The notes: generated by a model not told the origin, from the letters alone. Counted from the stretch's first letter, positions 12,540 through 28,997 are shown. The stretch: 64,000 bases of DNA from Bugula neritina (GCA_964035545.1 OZ037772.1:6308889-6372888); one strand, 5' to 3'. A program made the numbers and translations.

Positions 12540-13783
12540 TAAGAAACTTTTAATGTATAAATTCTAATGTAACCTGAGACTGCTGTGAAACAACATATTG
12601 CGGTACAATGGTTGTTCCAGATTTCAAAACCTGTATTTGGAGTTATGTGCCTATTTAATACATTGGCAAGAACTACTACACTGAAGAGACTAATTGTATT
12701 TATCATAATAAAGTTTCACTGTCCAATGTAATGAATCATTTCATCCTTCCTAGTGTTCAGTAATTTAAATACTTGACTAGAACAAAATCATGGAGGAAAG
12801 AGCAGAATAGCTAAAAAGTATGCAGCCAAAAGTGAAAGCTTCTTTAGTAATAATTTAAACTGTTTTCCACATATATAAAAGAATATTAGACAAGACATGT
12901 GATGAAATAGCAAATTTGGAGACATTGGTCAAAGTTGCTTGATTAAAATTAATTATAGACACCATAATAAAACCATTATAGATATGTAATTGTTAGTCTA
13001 GGTTCATTATTCTAGTTGACAAACCAAAAGGTGAAGCAGCCAATGAATTAAAATCTAGTGCTGAGAGAAACTTTAGGCCACAACCACTTTTTAATTCATG
13101 CTAGCATCAAAGCAGTCATGGTGTTTTTATGAAGATTGCGTATTTGAGTATATACTAACTGAACTGATTTTACTGGACACGAGTTATTTGAATTCTTGGG
13201 CATAGAATATAGAATTAGGCCTATGTGTCACTACATCTGTACTCTGCAAAAGAATTGTTGCAAAACTACTTAAACATTTTGCTATCATAATTTAAATATT
13301 GAGGTATTTAAGACAGGTATCATTACTACAGAAAATTATAATAGATGTGTTTTCTAAAAAGCATTTAATATGATTTGAAGTTTTATATCAAAACATAAAA
13401 ACCTCTTTTTTAATGAGTTAAAATCAAAAGTAATGTTGAAAATGCATTTACTAACTTGACTATATGTCATATTATAATCTTTGAATGAATTAATAATTAA
13501 TATAGAAAAAACAATTGCAGAATGTATAAAAATATTATATTATTTTTATTCATGACTTTACTTATATATCGATCTATATATTATAATAATCAATATTATA
13601 TATCACATTAGTTTGTTTAGATTTTGCCTTTATAATTAGATAGGCCTACTCTTTAATACAGAATTTAGCAGAAAAAATTTCCTGAAGAATTTATCCGAAT
13701 AAAGAAGCAAATAAAAATGTTCTAGTTTCGATGCAACGTAGCTTTATACTTTGCTTTTATATTGACAGAAAAACCTGTATTTG

Positions 13784-13840
13784 ATTGGCTGACATAAAAT
13801 ATAAAAGTCTTAAGAACTTCTCTTGTTCATCACTTCAGTT
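13784..13840 (+). promoter_or_regulatory. Putative core promoter of FReD copy B (inverted CCAAT, TATA box, Inr-like)
   Basis: ATTGG at 13784, TATAAAA at 13800-13806, TCACTTCAGTT about 30 nt downstream, ATG at 13897. Same layout upstream of copy E (TATAAAA at 37729) and copy C (TATAACA at 20431). Confidence 0.55.
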
Positions 13841-13896
13841 TGAACTATAGAACTAGATAGTACGAGGTACCCTGTTGTGTATTTCTAATCTGAAAC

Positions 13897-16732
<2,836 letters not shown>

Positions 16733-19700
16733 AGCTTCATGTTTATGCAGTTGCAAAGTGTTAATCTGCTTATTATGATATTATAGATGAATTGCATTAT
16801 TTTGTAAAATTGCTACAAATCAAATTGAATTTTATTTCATATTTTGGAATCAAATTTAATAAAACTATTTACAAAGTCAAACAAACGTTTGGTTAATTAT
16901 ATTTACTTCACAAATCTTTAAATAGAAGCTAACTCTATAGATGCTGTGTTGTCAGCATAAACATTACGACCTTTCAAACAGCAAAGAGTTATATGCAGTT
17001 CATCACTAATTTAGTTCATCTGCAAAATTGTGTTTAAACTGCATTGTAGATTGAATAGTGACAATCCTTTAGTAACTTTCACAAACTATCTATGCCTGCA
17101 TATTTTCTTGTCATATTTTGTGATATTTCAACACGTTTGCAAGACATTGTAACTTGAAGAGTTATAAAATGTTGGAGTACTCATACACAAAGATTCTACT
17201 TTTAACCTATCATATGTGCATATATAGCACTTGGTATTTCAGTTCTATGACAATAACAAACAATCTTATAAAACGTTCCATCAATTTATTATGTTAGTAA
17301 GACAACATTTATTGTTTTGTTTGATTGCAAGTAAATTATAGTTTTATGTAAGAGTCAAAATCAAAAAAATGTTTGCTTTTCATTTTTGAACAAGATGTTT
17401 CAAGGGCTGCCTACCAAACCGGACAAGAAATGAGGTTGTTATAAAATTCACAAACTTTCTAACTGAAAGGCTTATAAGGCTCTGTCTTGCAAACAGTATA
17501 ACTTTTTTGCATTGTAAAAAGTTGCATGCCAGTCAGATGACGTTAGACTGCAGCATAGCCTAACATTTTAGACTATATTATATAACTGCCTTGAAGTCAA
17601 ATGCTGAAGTTTTCTTTGTGATCTGTTTCTATGCATGCAAATGAAAGAAGATTAAATCTGCACTCAATAAAAAACAACATGATTTTACTAGCATTTTAAA
17701 GAACTAAATACCAACGCATGAACTTGAAAAAGATCGATTAAACAAATATCAAATAGATAATATATAGACACAATTGAATTTACGTCATAAAATGATAGCA
17801 CTATGCTGTGAACATACATGCATTCAGGAAGTTCCGTGTTGACTAAAAATCAATATTCACTAATTTAAGTAATATACTATATAATCAGCTGCTTGAATCT
17901 TGCATTGCACCCTTATTTTCAAATGCATGTTTTAGCCACAAATAAGTTTTGTATTTTGTTTATATTATGCTTGTTATTTTGATTGCGCAGCTTTAAAAAT
18001 GTCTGCAAGCTTAGAGACTATCATTGAAAACCTATTCACTTGGCGTTACAGCTACAATGTTGTAGCAACATCATCTAGTGCATGCACACAAACAAATGAT
18101 ATGTAATAGTTAATGCAGTAGGGAGACAGTGTGCATGTAAAATAAATATTTCATGAAGTAGTACAAACAGCTGTTGTGACTCTGTGTTATCACAGCTAGA
18201 ATACTTTGTGCCATTTGATTATTTCTTATTGTTTAATTTTATAACGTGTTTTGATCTATATGTTTTATTGGCGTAGACTGTAAGAAAAGAGCAAAGAGAG
18301 ATGAGTAATAAGTGACAAAAGATAAGGAAATGAATAACAGAAGTTATTAGCCAAAATCATTGTATCGCAATTTTGATAATACAAGTAAAGCTATATAACT
18401 ATCCAACAAGACTTCTAAGCTCATCTAATGGCCCAACTATTTTAATAACCATCACACCCTTCATGAATTTCATAGTTAGCAATTTATTTACCAATCTGAT
18501 ATCAACTTAGCACTATACCTAATATAGATTAAAATTTTCAAAAATAAAAGTAAGTTCGTCACCTAAAGACAGTGAAGACCTACAAACACCGTGATGTTAT
18601 AGGAACTGGCGTGCATTTGCTAATTGTTCAAAATAATTTATAAACAATTTTTGTAGACGAGTTCTTTTACTAAATTTGATATGAATATCTCTTGTCTTTA
18701 GAAGCACCCTTTGCATATGCTTTATGAGAATCTCTTTATTCTGTAACAGAACTGAAGTAATAGTTATGGAAGTGCAAAAATATAGCTGCTTGCATGAGGA
18801 ACATCTTTTAGTTAATCAAATCTACATCAGCACTGAATTTAACTGGAAACCTTAACTTATAGTCCCAAGTGAATAGCTGCACTGATTGTTTGCTCTCCCC
18901 AGCTGTTTGTCTATTGAACCTGCTGGGTAGTGGTTGTCTTGTGACAAACTGTTACAACCTGTGATTAGTGTAAAACAGCTTTAGGCTAAAATGATAGATT
19001 TATTCTATAAGCAGCTCTAAGTTGGGGATGACTGCATGAGTGCAGTAGTTTGGAGTTACTGAGTTTAGAGTCAAGAGTCTAAGTATAGGAACTTTGAATC
19101 CCCAACTCCAACCTTGACACCTCAAACTATTTACTCAGTCACCCCCAACACGGAGCTGCTTTAAGAAACTTCAAACATATAAATTTTAATGTAACCTGGG
19201 ACTGCTGTAAAACAACATAATATTGTGGTACAATGGTTGTATCACATAGAATCTAATTTCAAAAACTGTTTTGGGAGTTATGTACCCATTTAATACATTG
19301 GCAGGGACTACAACACTAAAGAAACTAATAGTATTCATCATAATACTATAGTTTCACTGTCCAATGTAATGTATCATTTCATCATTCATATAGTGTTCAG
19401 TAACTTAAGTACTGGACTAAAATGAAAGCATGGGGGAAAGGAGCAGAATGGCTATAAATAGTTTTCTGTCAAAATAAAAAACTTCTTCATTACCTATAAT
19501 AATTTACACTGCTGTCTACATATATAAAAGCATATTAGACATGTAATAAAATAGCAAAGTCAGAGATATTGTTCAAAGTTGCTCGATTAGAATTAATTAT
19601 AAATGCCACAAGAAAGCCATTAGATATATACTTGTTAGTCTAGGTTCATTATTCTAATTGACAAACCAAAAAAAAGGTGAAGCAGCCAATGAATTTAAAT

Positions 19701-20527
19701 CTAGTGCTAAGAGAAGCTTTAGGCCACACCCACTTTTCAACTCATGCTAACATCAAAGCAGTCCTGGTGCTCTTATAAATATTGTGTATTTGAATATATA
19801 CTAACTGAATTGATTTTTACTGGACACAAGTGGTTTGTATTCTTGGGCATAGAATATAGAATTAGGCCTATGTATATAGCTACACCTGTACTCTGCAAAA
19901 GAATTGTTACAAACTTACTTGATCATGTTGCTATTATAATCTAAATGTCGAGGTATCTAAGAGAGGTATCATTACTACAGAAAATTATAATGAATGTGTT
20001 TTCTAAAAAGCATTTAATATGATTTGAAGTTATATATATATAAAAACATAAAACCTATCTTTTCAAAAGTTACAATCAAAAGTAATGTTGAAAATGCATT
20101 TACTAACTTGACTATATGTCATATTATAATCTTTGGATGAGTTAATAATTAATATAGAAAAAACAATTGGAGAATGTATAAAAATACATTATTTTTATTC
20201 ATGACTATATATTATGATAATTAATATTATATTTCACATTAGTTTGTTTAGGTTTTGCCTTTTTATAATTAGATAGGCCTACTCTTCATTACAGAATTCA
20301 GCAGAAAAAATTTCCTGAAGAATTTATCCAAATAGAGAAGCAAATAAAAATGTTCTGGTTTCGATGCAACGTGGCTTTACTTTGATTTTATATTGACAGA
20401 ATTACTTGCATTTGATTGGCTGGCATAAAATATAACAGTCTTAAGATCTTCTCTTGTTCATCACTTCAGTTTGAACTGTAGAACTAGATAGTACAACGTA
20501 CCTCGTTGTGTATTTCTAATCTGAAAC

Positions 20528-21303
20528 ATGCATATGTATTTCCTCCTTATACTTTTGTTGGCAGTCCCTCTGCATGCAGTAAGTATACAAAAACTTCTAC
20601 TATAAGAACAATGATGTATACAGTAAAGAGTGAATTATTATATTGTTGTGTTATATGAATCATCATATTGAGCTTACAAACTACGCGTGTTTTATACTTA
20701 GTAAACAAGAATAGTTTTTATTTGAATAATTCAGCAAAATTTAATAAAGACTTTACTTGAGAGTAGAATTCTTTATAAAGATTTGCTAAAATGTTTTACT
20801 GACTTTTAGAGCTTACGTATTTTTTTAAAAACGCTTTAAAAAAAGAAATAAATTTATTATCATTCAGATATTTTTTAATTTATAGTAATTCCCTCTCAAC
20901 AAATTACCAACATGGTAATTTTCTATTATGCAACATTTAATTGCCATAAATAGTTTTAGACAGCATTGCTATTGGCTTTGTATGCTCCAGCTATTATATT
21001 CTCACTTCTTTGCATCCTGGACTTATTGAACATCGACAAAGTGCTAATTGTGCTAAATTTACAGGGCTAATATTATATTCAAATAAAATAATATCTAACC
21101 AGTGTTCCAATAACTACTAGATACAATACTGTAGGACATTGTGTTTGTAGCACCGTGATGTAGAGGAATATTGTTTGGAGAGAATAAAGACAAAACCATA
21201 TGACAAACCCAGAACATGTTTAGACCACAGAGATGAAATTCCGTGGATATTTTTAATTTCCAAAGTTTATATAATAGCAAAGCTTAAGCATTGTCGTTTA
21301 TAA
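20528..21303 (+). pseudogene. FReD copy C with internal deletion (exon 1 20528-20578; exon 2 from 21151 fused to the end of exon 4)
   Basis: MHMYFLLILLLAVPLHA|gt..ag|[25 protein letters not shown], then jumps at AGACC (21222-21226) into acagagatgaaattccgtggata from the exon-4 tail, out of frame; stop at 21301-21303. Confidence 0.9.
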
Positions 21304-23712
21304 TTAGACATAAACTTATCATTTTACTTGTTCATATAAAATAAATTACATTTTTTGTAAAATTAATGCGCCAAAATATTGTCTGTGTGGCACTTTTGGG
21401 TAATATATCTTATAATACTAAATTACAAAATAAACCAGAGATGTATAATCAATTTTAAAATCTACAAATGTAAACGTAAATACAAGGTTTTAGAGTTGGT
21501 TTAGTAAACATAAACATTACAATTTTTTGTCCCAAAAGCCTTGCATGCTGTTTATCAAAATTGTAGAGCTTTCCTGCAAAATTTTGCATAACCCGCATTG
21601 TTACAGATTGGATGGTGAAATTTATTAAGCGAGTGCTACAAATCTATGCTTATAACATATGTACTTGTTTTGTCGGGTTTTTTGTAAAACTTTCATACCG
21701 TAACTATTACATACGTAACATTGTAACAAAAAATTACAAGATGTTGGAGTGCTCATACACAATGATATATACAGGATATACATATCCAAAAATTAGACAC
21801 AAACAACAAGAATATATTTATATTCAAGCCACAACATTTACTATAACAGCATAAATGAATATATAGTCTACATATATAAATAGCAACTTGGTTATTAATA
21901 TATTATAATACAGCCTATAATACTCAAATACATAATAGACTACAGTTAATGTAAATATAATATAGACTCTACAAACAGTGACTCATCAACCTGCATCCTG
22001 ATAGAGATAGTATATAGGCACTTAAATACCAAGTTAGATCTGAGCTGTTCATATTTAAAAATATGTTAAATCAGTTGTAACAGGCTTCTGCCAATCTAAG
22101 TTTTAGTGTAATGACAGAAAATGTATCTTAAAGTATTTCACCAGCTTTTTATGTTAGTAAATCAACATTCATTGTTTTATTTGCTTAGAAACAAATTACA
22201 GCTTTTGTATAAGAATCAAACATCAAAATTATTTTTGTTTTATATTTTTGGGCAAGATTATGTATGTTAACTGTTTACTATAAACCAAACAAGAAGGTAG
22301 TTTGTTGCAAACTTTAAACAAATGCACGTCTAACTGAAAGTGATTACATGAAGCCTTCAACTTGCAAACATAAACTTTAAAACGTTTTGTATTGAAAACA
22401 GTTACATACGTGTTGTCATTACACTAAAAGACCAAGTGTGATATTGGCCTATTATATATAGGTGCAAGCTTTAAAGCTAAATTAGCAGATACCTCTAGCA
22501 ACTGCTCCAATATCTTTTCAATGGGCCTTATTTAATTTGGTATTGAAGTACCTAATATTATATTGCCTATGTATGAGGACCCATGCAAGGTGGCGTGTCA
22601 CTATTTATTGTGCACAGGCTAGTCATATAATTTTAGGCAATTTAATAACAAATTAAATAAAGATCATTGAAAACATATTGGAGCAGTTGTAACAAATTTC
22701 TGCTATTTTAGCTTTTAATCTTAAAATTTAAACTTGTTGTTTAGTGGAATAGATGAGATGCAGATTTAGTTGTTAATATAATAAATTTATATGCATGTTA
22801 GCTTGCGTTTTAACCATTTTATAGAAATATCAGTTTTACTATAGCAGCCATCTTAAACTTGAATATGGAAGCATGCAAATGAGAGAAGATTAAATTGCAC
22901 TCAATAAAATGGAAGGTATGTATTTGTATTAGCATTCAAAAAACCAAATTTTCAAATGAACAAGAAAAGTTTAGAGATAAAATAGATAACATCTGAACAC
23001 AAAGGATTTGATGTTCAAAATGTAAGCTGTGTGCTAGATGTGAACATAATTATATTTGGAATGTTATATAGAACTTAGTATTCACTAACATAATCATGGC
23101 TGCTTGGATTTCGATTGAACTCCTTTCAATGGCCCGTCTGGGTCACAAATTTGCTTTGAATTAAACCTATAAATGCTATCTATTGTGATTATATATCTCT
23201 ACATTCTTTCCTAAGCTGAGACCTCATCACTGCTGACTTTTTCAACTCGCAATTTATCTAACAATCGCCTTAAGAAATCACAATTTTGTAATCTATTTTA
23301 ATGCATGCAAGTAAAAGAAGATGAAATCTGCACTTAAAAAGATGCAAGATACTTTTATTAAGGTCTGAAAAGCTAAATACCAGCACATGAACTTAGAAAA
23401 AAAATGACTAAGCAAAGATCAAATAGATAATATATATGGAAACAAATGAATTGAGGTCAACAAATGATAGCACTATGCTGTGAACATATTATATACATGA
23501 GTTTGAAAAGTCATTGAAATACTAAATATTTTAATGTTAGACAACAGCAAAGCAGACTCTTGACTTGGCAGTTTGATAATGGATATATTTTACTGAAATA
23601 AAACAAGACTATATTTATTTGCACGATATCAAAACTTGCCGGTTATACTTACAGAATAATAGATATAAGAATATATTATATAATATAGTTGTGTTATAAT
23701 GGTATATGTATA

Positions 23713-23915
23713 GGAAGCAGCTGTGGTAAAGGGGTTAGAGTGGTGCCTAGTAAACATGAAGTCATGGGTTTGAACCCTGACAAAGGCCATTTGGAAGAGC
23801 ATTCAGTCATAATTGCACCTGCAGTGCCTTATCTAGACAAGTTATTAGCCCGATCTAACAAAATGGTTTTCTATCAGGGTTTCACACAGGGATGGTGACT
23901 ATAAACTTGCGTGAG
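23713..23915 (+). mobile_element. tRNA-derived SINE family member; other copies ~24946-25077(+, 5'-truncated), ~42936-43147(+), ~45496-45855(+), ~48922-49114(-), ~49860-50074(+), ~53628-54001(-), ~56341-56548(-)
   Basis: A-box-like tggtaaaggggttagag, B-box-like gggtttgaaccc, shared core ggaagagcat(t/c)cagtcataattgc and shared 3' end cacagggatggtgactataaactt. Confidence 0.75.
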
Positions 23916-24264
23916 TTATTTTATACTAGTATCTGTAATGATGTGTGACAAGATGGTGCTGACTTATCATGCTTTACATTGTGCATTTATTTGGTACAAC
24001 TATACTGAGAATATAAACTGATAACACTGTAGAATCTAGCAACTAACTAACTGCTTAACAATAACTACACGTAGACAACCATTCATATAGATGCTGACTT
24101 TAACAATAATAAGGAAATGCATGATTCACATAGAAGTCATTGGTCTATTAACTATTAAGCTATAGCATGATCTGAACTCTATGTGGCATTATAACAACTT
24201 GCAACAAGCATGCATTTAGCTGTGGATGTATATAAGTATCGAGTGCCAAATGGTCAAAAATTGC

Positions 24265-24564
24265 TTATTATTGCATCTCATATGCTTATAATAAAGTATC
24301 TAACCATTATTCTCTCTCATATGCTCACAAAACGCTCTCACTGGTCTATAATTTGCTCTCATACCCTTATTATTTGTGCTCTTAGGTCTATTATTTGGTC
24401 TCACACTGTCATTATTCATTCCCATACCCTTATTTCTCTTCCTTTTATGCTCATTATTATTCAGTCTCATACCTCTATTATGCACTCTCATACCCCTATT
24501 ATTTGCTCTGTTATAGACATTATTCATTCTCTTATGCTTATTATTCTCTCTCATACCCCTATTA
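24265..24564. repeat. Degenerate ~21-bp minisatellite (tattattc/tgctctcataccc)n
   Basis: Recurring units such as tattatgcactctcatacccc and tattattctctctcatacccc; the 21-nt period explains the 7-aa periodic ORFs on both strands. Confidence 0.85.
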
Positions 24565-24650
24565 CTGTCTTGCTTTTGCGCCTGAATCTGACTCACTAGT
24601 ATTTGTGTACACGTCACAATAGTTGAGTATATGCCAGTCTATTCGGTTTT

Positions 24651-24699
24651 ATTGTGCTACTAATAGTTTCATGCCTCTTCGGCACTCCTCAAGCACAAT
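24651..24699 (-). ncRNA. Variant minimal type I hammerhead ribozyme (C3U), second sequence family
   Basis: Reverse complement: ATTGTGC TTGAGGA GTGCC-gaaga-GGCAT GAAA ctattag TA GCACAAT, overlapping an AATAAA at its 3' end. Confidence 0.65.
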
Positions 24700-25408
24700 A
24701 TTGACAAATTTAAATTTTTACATTAAGAAAATCAACATGTTAAACACAAGGTAAAACGTAACGAACACATAGCAGTGGCTGTGTTGTATAGGTTTGTAGG
24801 TGTAAATTAATATATAAAAAAACATAATGTAATGTAAAAACACAATTTATAGCAGATGCATGGAGTTTTTGTTGAGTGACTATTCTATATGGGTATTTGT
24901 ATATTATTTACTATAGTACTTAAAATATAAATGCCTGTCAATTAAGGCCATTGGGAAAAGCATCCAGTCATGATTGCTCCTGCAGTGCCTTATCTAAACG
25001 AGTTCTTAGCCTGATTTAACAAAAATATTTTCTTTCAGGATTTTGCACAGGGATAGTGAATATAAACTTGCGCGAGTATTTTATTATGGTATTTGTAATG
25101 ATGTGTGACAAGATGGTGCTGAATTGCAATACTTTACATTGTGGATTTATTTGGTACAACTACTGAGAATATAAAATGATAACACTGTGGAATCTAGCAA
25201 CTAACTAACTTTTTAGTTTATAATAACTACACAAGCATTATATGTAAATGCTGACTTTGACAATAATAAGGAACTGCTTGATGCACATATAAGTCATTGA
25301 TCTACTAAAACTATAAAGCTATATATAGTAACATCTGAACTCTATTTGCCAATATAACAATTCGCAACAAGCATGCATTTAGCTGTGGAAGTATATATAG
25401 AGAGTACA

Positions 25409-25410
<2 letters not shown>

Positions 25411-25499
<89 letters not shown>
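25411..25499. repeat. (TA)n microsatellite
   Basis: Directly visible. Confidence 0.97.
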
Positions 25500-25502
<3 letters not shown>

Positions 25503-25523
25503 ATTCTATAAATATCACTTGCA

Positions 25524-25777
25524 TCAAGTGGTGCTTATTGATTTGATTAAATCCATGAAATTCCAAATTAAGTTATAGGTTTCAAGTGGTTCATCAATCT
25601 CTACAGCTGTTATTCTCACATATCTACCATACATTCTAGTCTGACATGTAACCAGAAATATATCTGCAGGTGGTTGTCCAGGAAGGTAGTCACAGATCGC
25701 ATCTTCTGGTGAATCATCAAAGTTAGTGTCAGTTTTACTAACTGTTATTCTCACAATGGCCAGTCTGTTATTGACAG
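25524..25777 (-). pseudogene. Isolated last exon of a PAN-PAN-F-type lectin gene (P5), frameshifted
   Basis: ag|..VNNRLAIVRITVSKTDTNFDDSPEDAICDYLPGQPPADIFLVTCQTRMYGRYVRITAVE; a small insertion near 25570 shifts the terminal LEFHG motif out of frame; upstream exons absent. Confidence 0.82.
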
Positions 25778-25902
25778 CTATAAATATAAATGATAGAATT
25801 GAATTATTGTATATCTAATGAAAGAAAGAAAGAAAGAAAGAAAGACAATATAATAATCATAATCTTTAAACATAATGATCTAACACTTTATTTAACTGTA
25901 AC

Positions 25903-26465
25903 TGTAAAGTTAGCACTGAACATAATCAATTCAAGCAGTAAAAGTAATGTAGTGTAATGAATACATAATAGTTAATCTAGCATTCAGCGTTGCGTTTAGC
26001 ACAACGTACGTTCCACTCAAATAGGTTATCCCATCACGTGATTCTTGCCTACGCAACGGCTGCTAGTTGTAAATTCATTAATTAGATAACAGCACGCTTT
26101 CGCTCATTGGCTGTGGCGTTACGCTTAGGCAGCCCGGATGTTTGAGTGCAGACGTTGACCCTACAGTTAGTAGAATAGTAGCGCGCTAGCAATGCGCTAT
26201 TTCCTTTTATGTTTTGGTCACCTTTCTGTTGCTGCCTCACTAGGTACTTATTCAGTGTTTTCTTTTTTTTACTGTTTCCAGTACGTTTGTATCTCTGTCA
26301 CACTGAATACACTATCATATACACTTATTTGCTGTAATAAAAATTAAACTGATAAACTAGCAACCATGTCAACGCACTCAGAAAATGGCACTGGAGCAAC
26401 CAGAAAGAGTATTAGGCCTAAAGCGCTGACACAAAAGGCTCAGGAAACTCTAGTGCAGAAACATG
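25903..26465 (+). mobile_element. Truncated LTR retrotransposon 5' end (LTR plus putative gag start at 26366), BEL/Pao-like by inference
   Basis: Starts TGTAAAG; the first ~290 bp match in reverse complement the end of the solo LTR (28709-28997); short ORF MSTHSENGTGATRKSIRPKALTQKAQETL abuts FReD exon 3. Confidence 0.65.
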
Positions 26466-27436
26466 TGGAAATGACAAGTTGGTAGCTGCTCTGCAAGCTA
26501 ATCCTAAGAATGAGTTGAGAATTGACCTTGAAAGTACAACCAATGAACAAGCATATGCTAAATACAGCAGCTTCAATGTTGGTGATGAGTCAACTGACTA
26601 TATTCTCTCGGTGTCTGGCTATAATGGAACAGAAGGTATGGATTTCTAACAGAATGCAAATATCTGATTAAAGACCCTGACTCAATAGCTTGATGGACTT
26701 TAATTTTTAATATTTGTTCATCATCTGTAAAATTTAAAGTTTCATCTTGCACCATATCCTGTAGCATGTAATCTAAATGTTTTTAATTTGTTGGTTATGA
26801 CTTTAAATAAGTTGGATTGAGGCATTTTGTGTTGCATTAACAAGTGTTAAGTTATTTACTTGCAATCTATCGAGCTTTTGAAACTCTATAGCTATCTTAT
26901 TTGTTTTATTGATTTTTTGTTAAAATTTTGATTATACTTGAATATTTTCAGAATCTGCAGTTAACTAGTAGCAAGATACTGTTTGAAAGGCGGTCTTTTG
27001 TTCAACTAGAGTAACTAGTTTATTTTAAAACATTTTACTCAAAAAAGCTACTTAAAGGCTAAGCTAATTGAAATTGATTTTTTACTGAGCATCAAAATAT
27101 GAATTTTAAATGAGCAATTAAAGGAACTTTATTTACGTTATATATAAAAATAGTTCATTCTAAAAACAAAATATTTATTTTTCAGGAGACAGCTTTTCTG
27201 CTCACAATGGAATGAAATTTTCAACACGAGATAGAGACAATGATGTGCACTTTGGCAATTGTGCGGTTCAATTCCATGGTGCTTGGTGGTATATCAAGTG
27301 TCATGCTTCAAATTTGAATGGCAAATACTTGAATGGTACTTATACCTCTTACGCTACTGGCATAGATTGGTCATCCTGGAAAGGGCATTACTATTCTATA
27401 AAAACCACAGAAATAAAATTTCGTGGGTATTTGTAA
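26466..27436 (+). pseudogene. FReD copy D, 5'-truncated (partial exon 3 26466-26635; exon 4 27186-27436)
   Basis: Begins mid-exon at [22 protein letters not shown]; intact last exon [52 protein letters not shown]. Confidence 0.85.
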
Positions 27437-27924
27437 TTGCTTAAGTTAACAAAGTAATTACAAAGTTTGAACCATTCAATTTACTAAACAAACATGTTTT
27501 GTTGTGTTGTTTGTTTATATATAAATTACGTACAATTTTTGTAAAATTTAGGCAGCAAAATTGTGTCTGTTTAATATTTTTGAGTAATATGTTATAAAAC
27601 TAAACCACGTTTGTAGATATTATAAAATTTACAAATGTTTAAATGAAAGGCTTTATACTCTTTCTTGCTAACATAAGCACTAAAACCCTTTGCACTGAAG
27701 ATCACAGTATGCAGTTTATTGCTAATTTTGTTTATTTGCATTATTTTTCAAAAACTGCATTGTAGATTAAATGGCGGCAATTATTAAGAAAAATATCACA
27801 TATCTATGCCAGCATATGCATTTATTTTCTCATGTTCTTTTTTGCTAAATTTCAATATCTATACAGAACATTGTAACAAAGGATTATAAAATGTTAGTGT
27901 GTTTGTACACAATAATATGCTGTA

Positions 27925-28997
27925 TGTAGCGTCGTCACTAACTATAGATGAAGTGTTCTGGTGTTGGTTTTCGTAACTTTATTTTTACCTATTTCAACTG
28001 TCGTAAGAAACTGTAAAAGTAGGTTATTAATATATGCAACTATAACAGGTTTTTAAAATAAAACAAACAGAAATCATTTGTGAAATTATAAAATATTCAA
28101 ACACATATTATACAGATCTTGAATTAATCACCTCTTGCCTTCTTTTAGTGGCTAGCTAGGGTGAGTTTGTTTCTATAAAACGGTATTACAGGTCTACTAA
28201 AAATATCAAACTATAACAAAAATGACATTAAGTGATAACTGCAATTAGACAAATGTTAAGACAATTAGAGACATAGATTAAAACTTATATTCAATGTTCA
28301 CTTGAATTAGTATAGCTGCATTAAAATACTGCAAGTGTAAAAATAAGGCTTTAACTGCCAATTAGAATACTATCCAGTGACAAACTAATCAATCACTGGA
28401 GAGCCTGCCTTAAGAATTTGTAATTTTATGAGAAATCTATTATGAAGTAAACACATAGCCATAAATTCTATCATGCACTGACCACACTGGCATTCTAAAA
28501 ATTGTCAAACTTATAACCATGTTTAATAAACCAAATAGTTATTCTTTTAGTTGAAATAGATAATAAAATACTTAAGGAAAGCTTCAAATTATTACAAATA
28601 CTGAAAGGCAAAACTAACCTGTGCCTCTTCAAGTTAATTCCAATTTAAATTCACTTGTATTTTGTTAAATATATCATTTAAAATTGATGTTATTGATGTG
28701 ATAAGCTTGCATCGCTAGTGCGCTACTATTCTACTAACTGTAGGTTCAACGTCTGCACTCAAACATCCGGGCTGCCAAAGCTTAAAGCCACAGCCAGTGG
28801 GCGAGAGCGTGCTGTTATCCAATTAATGAATTTACAACTAGCAATCGGTGCGTAGGCGGGAATCACGTGATGCAATAACCTATTTGAGTGGAACGTTATG
28901 CTAAACGCAAAGCTGAATGCTCGATTAACTATTATGTATTTATTACACTACATTACTTTTACTGCTTGAATTAATTATGTTCAGTGCTAATTTTACA
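27925..28997 (-). mobile_element. Solo LTR (1073 bp) with 5-bp TSD CTGTA
   Basis: TGTA...TACA termini; CTGTA at 27920-27924 and 28998-29002; AATAAA near the 3' end on the minus strand; related to the element at 25903. Confidence 0.85.

Noticed and set aside
24210-24622. 129-aa and 105-aa ORFs with 7-residue periodicity
   Set aside because: Produced by the 21-bp minisatellite; no splice or domain support.
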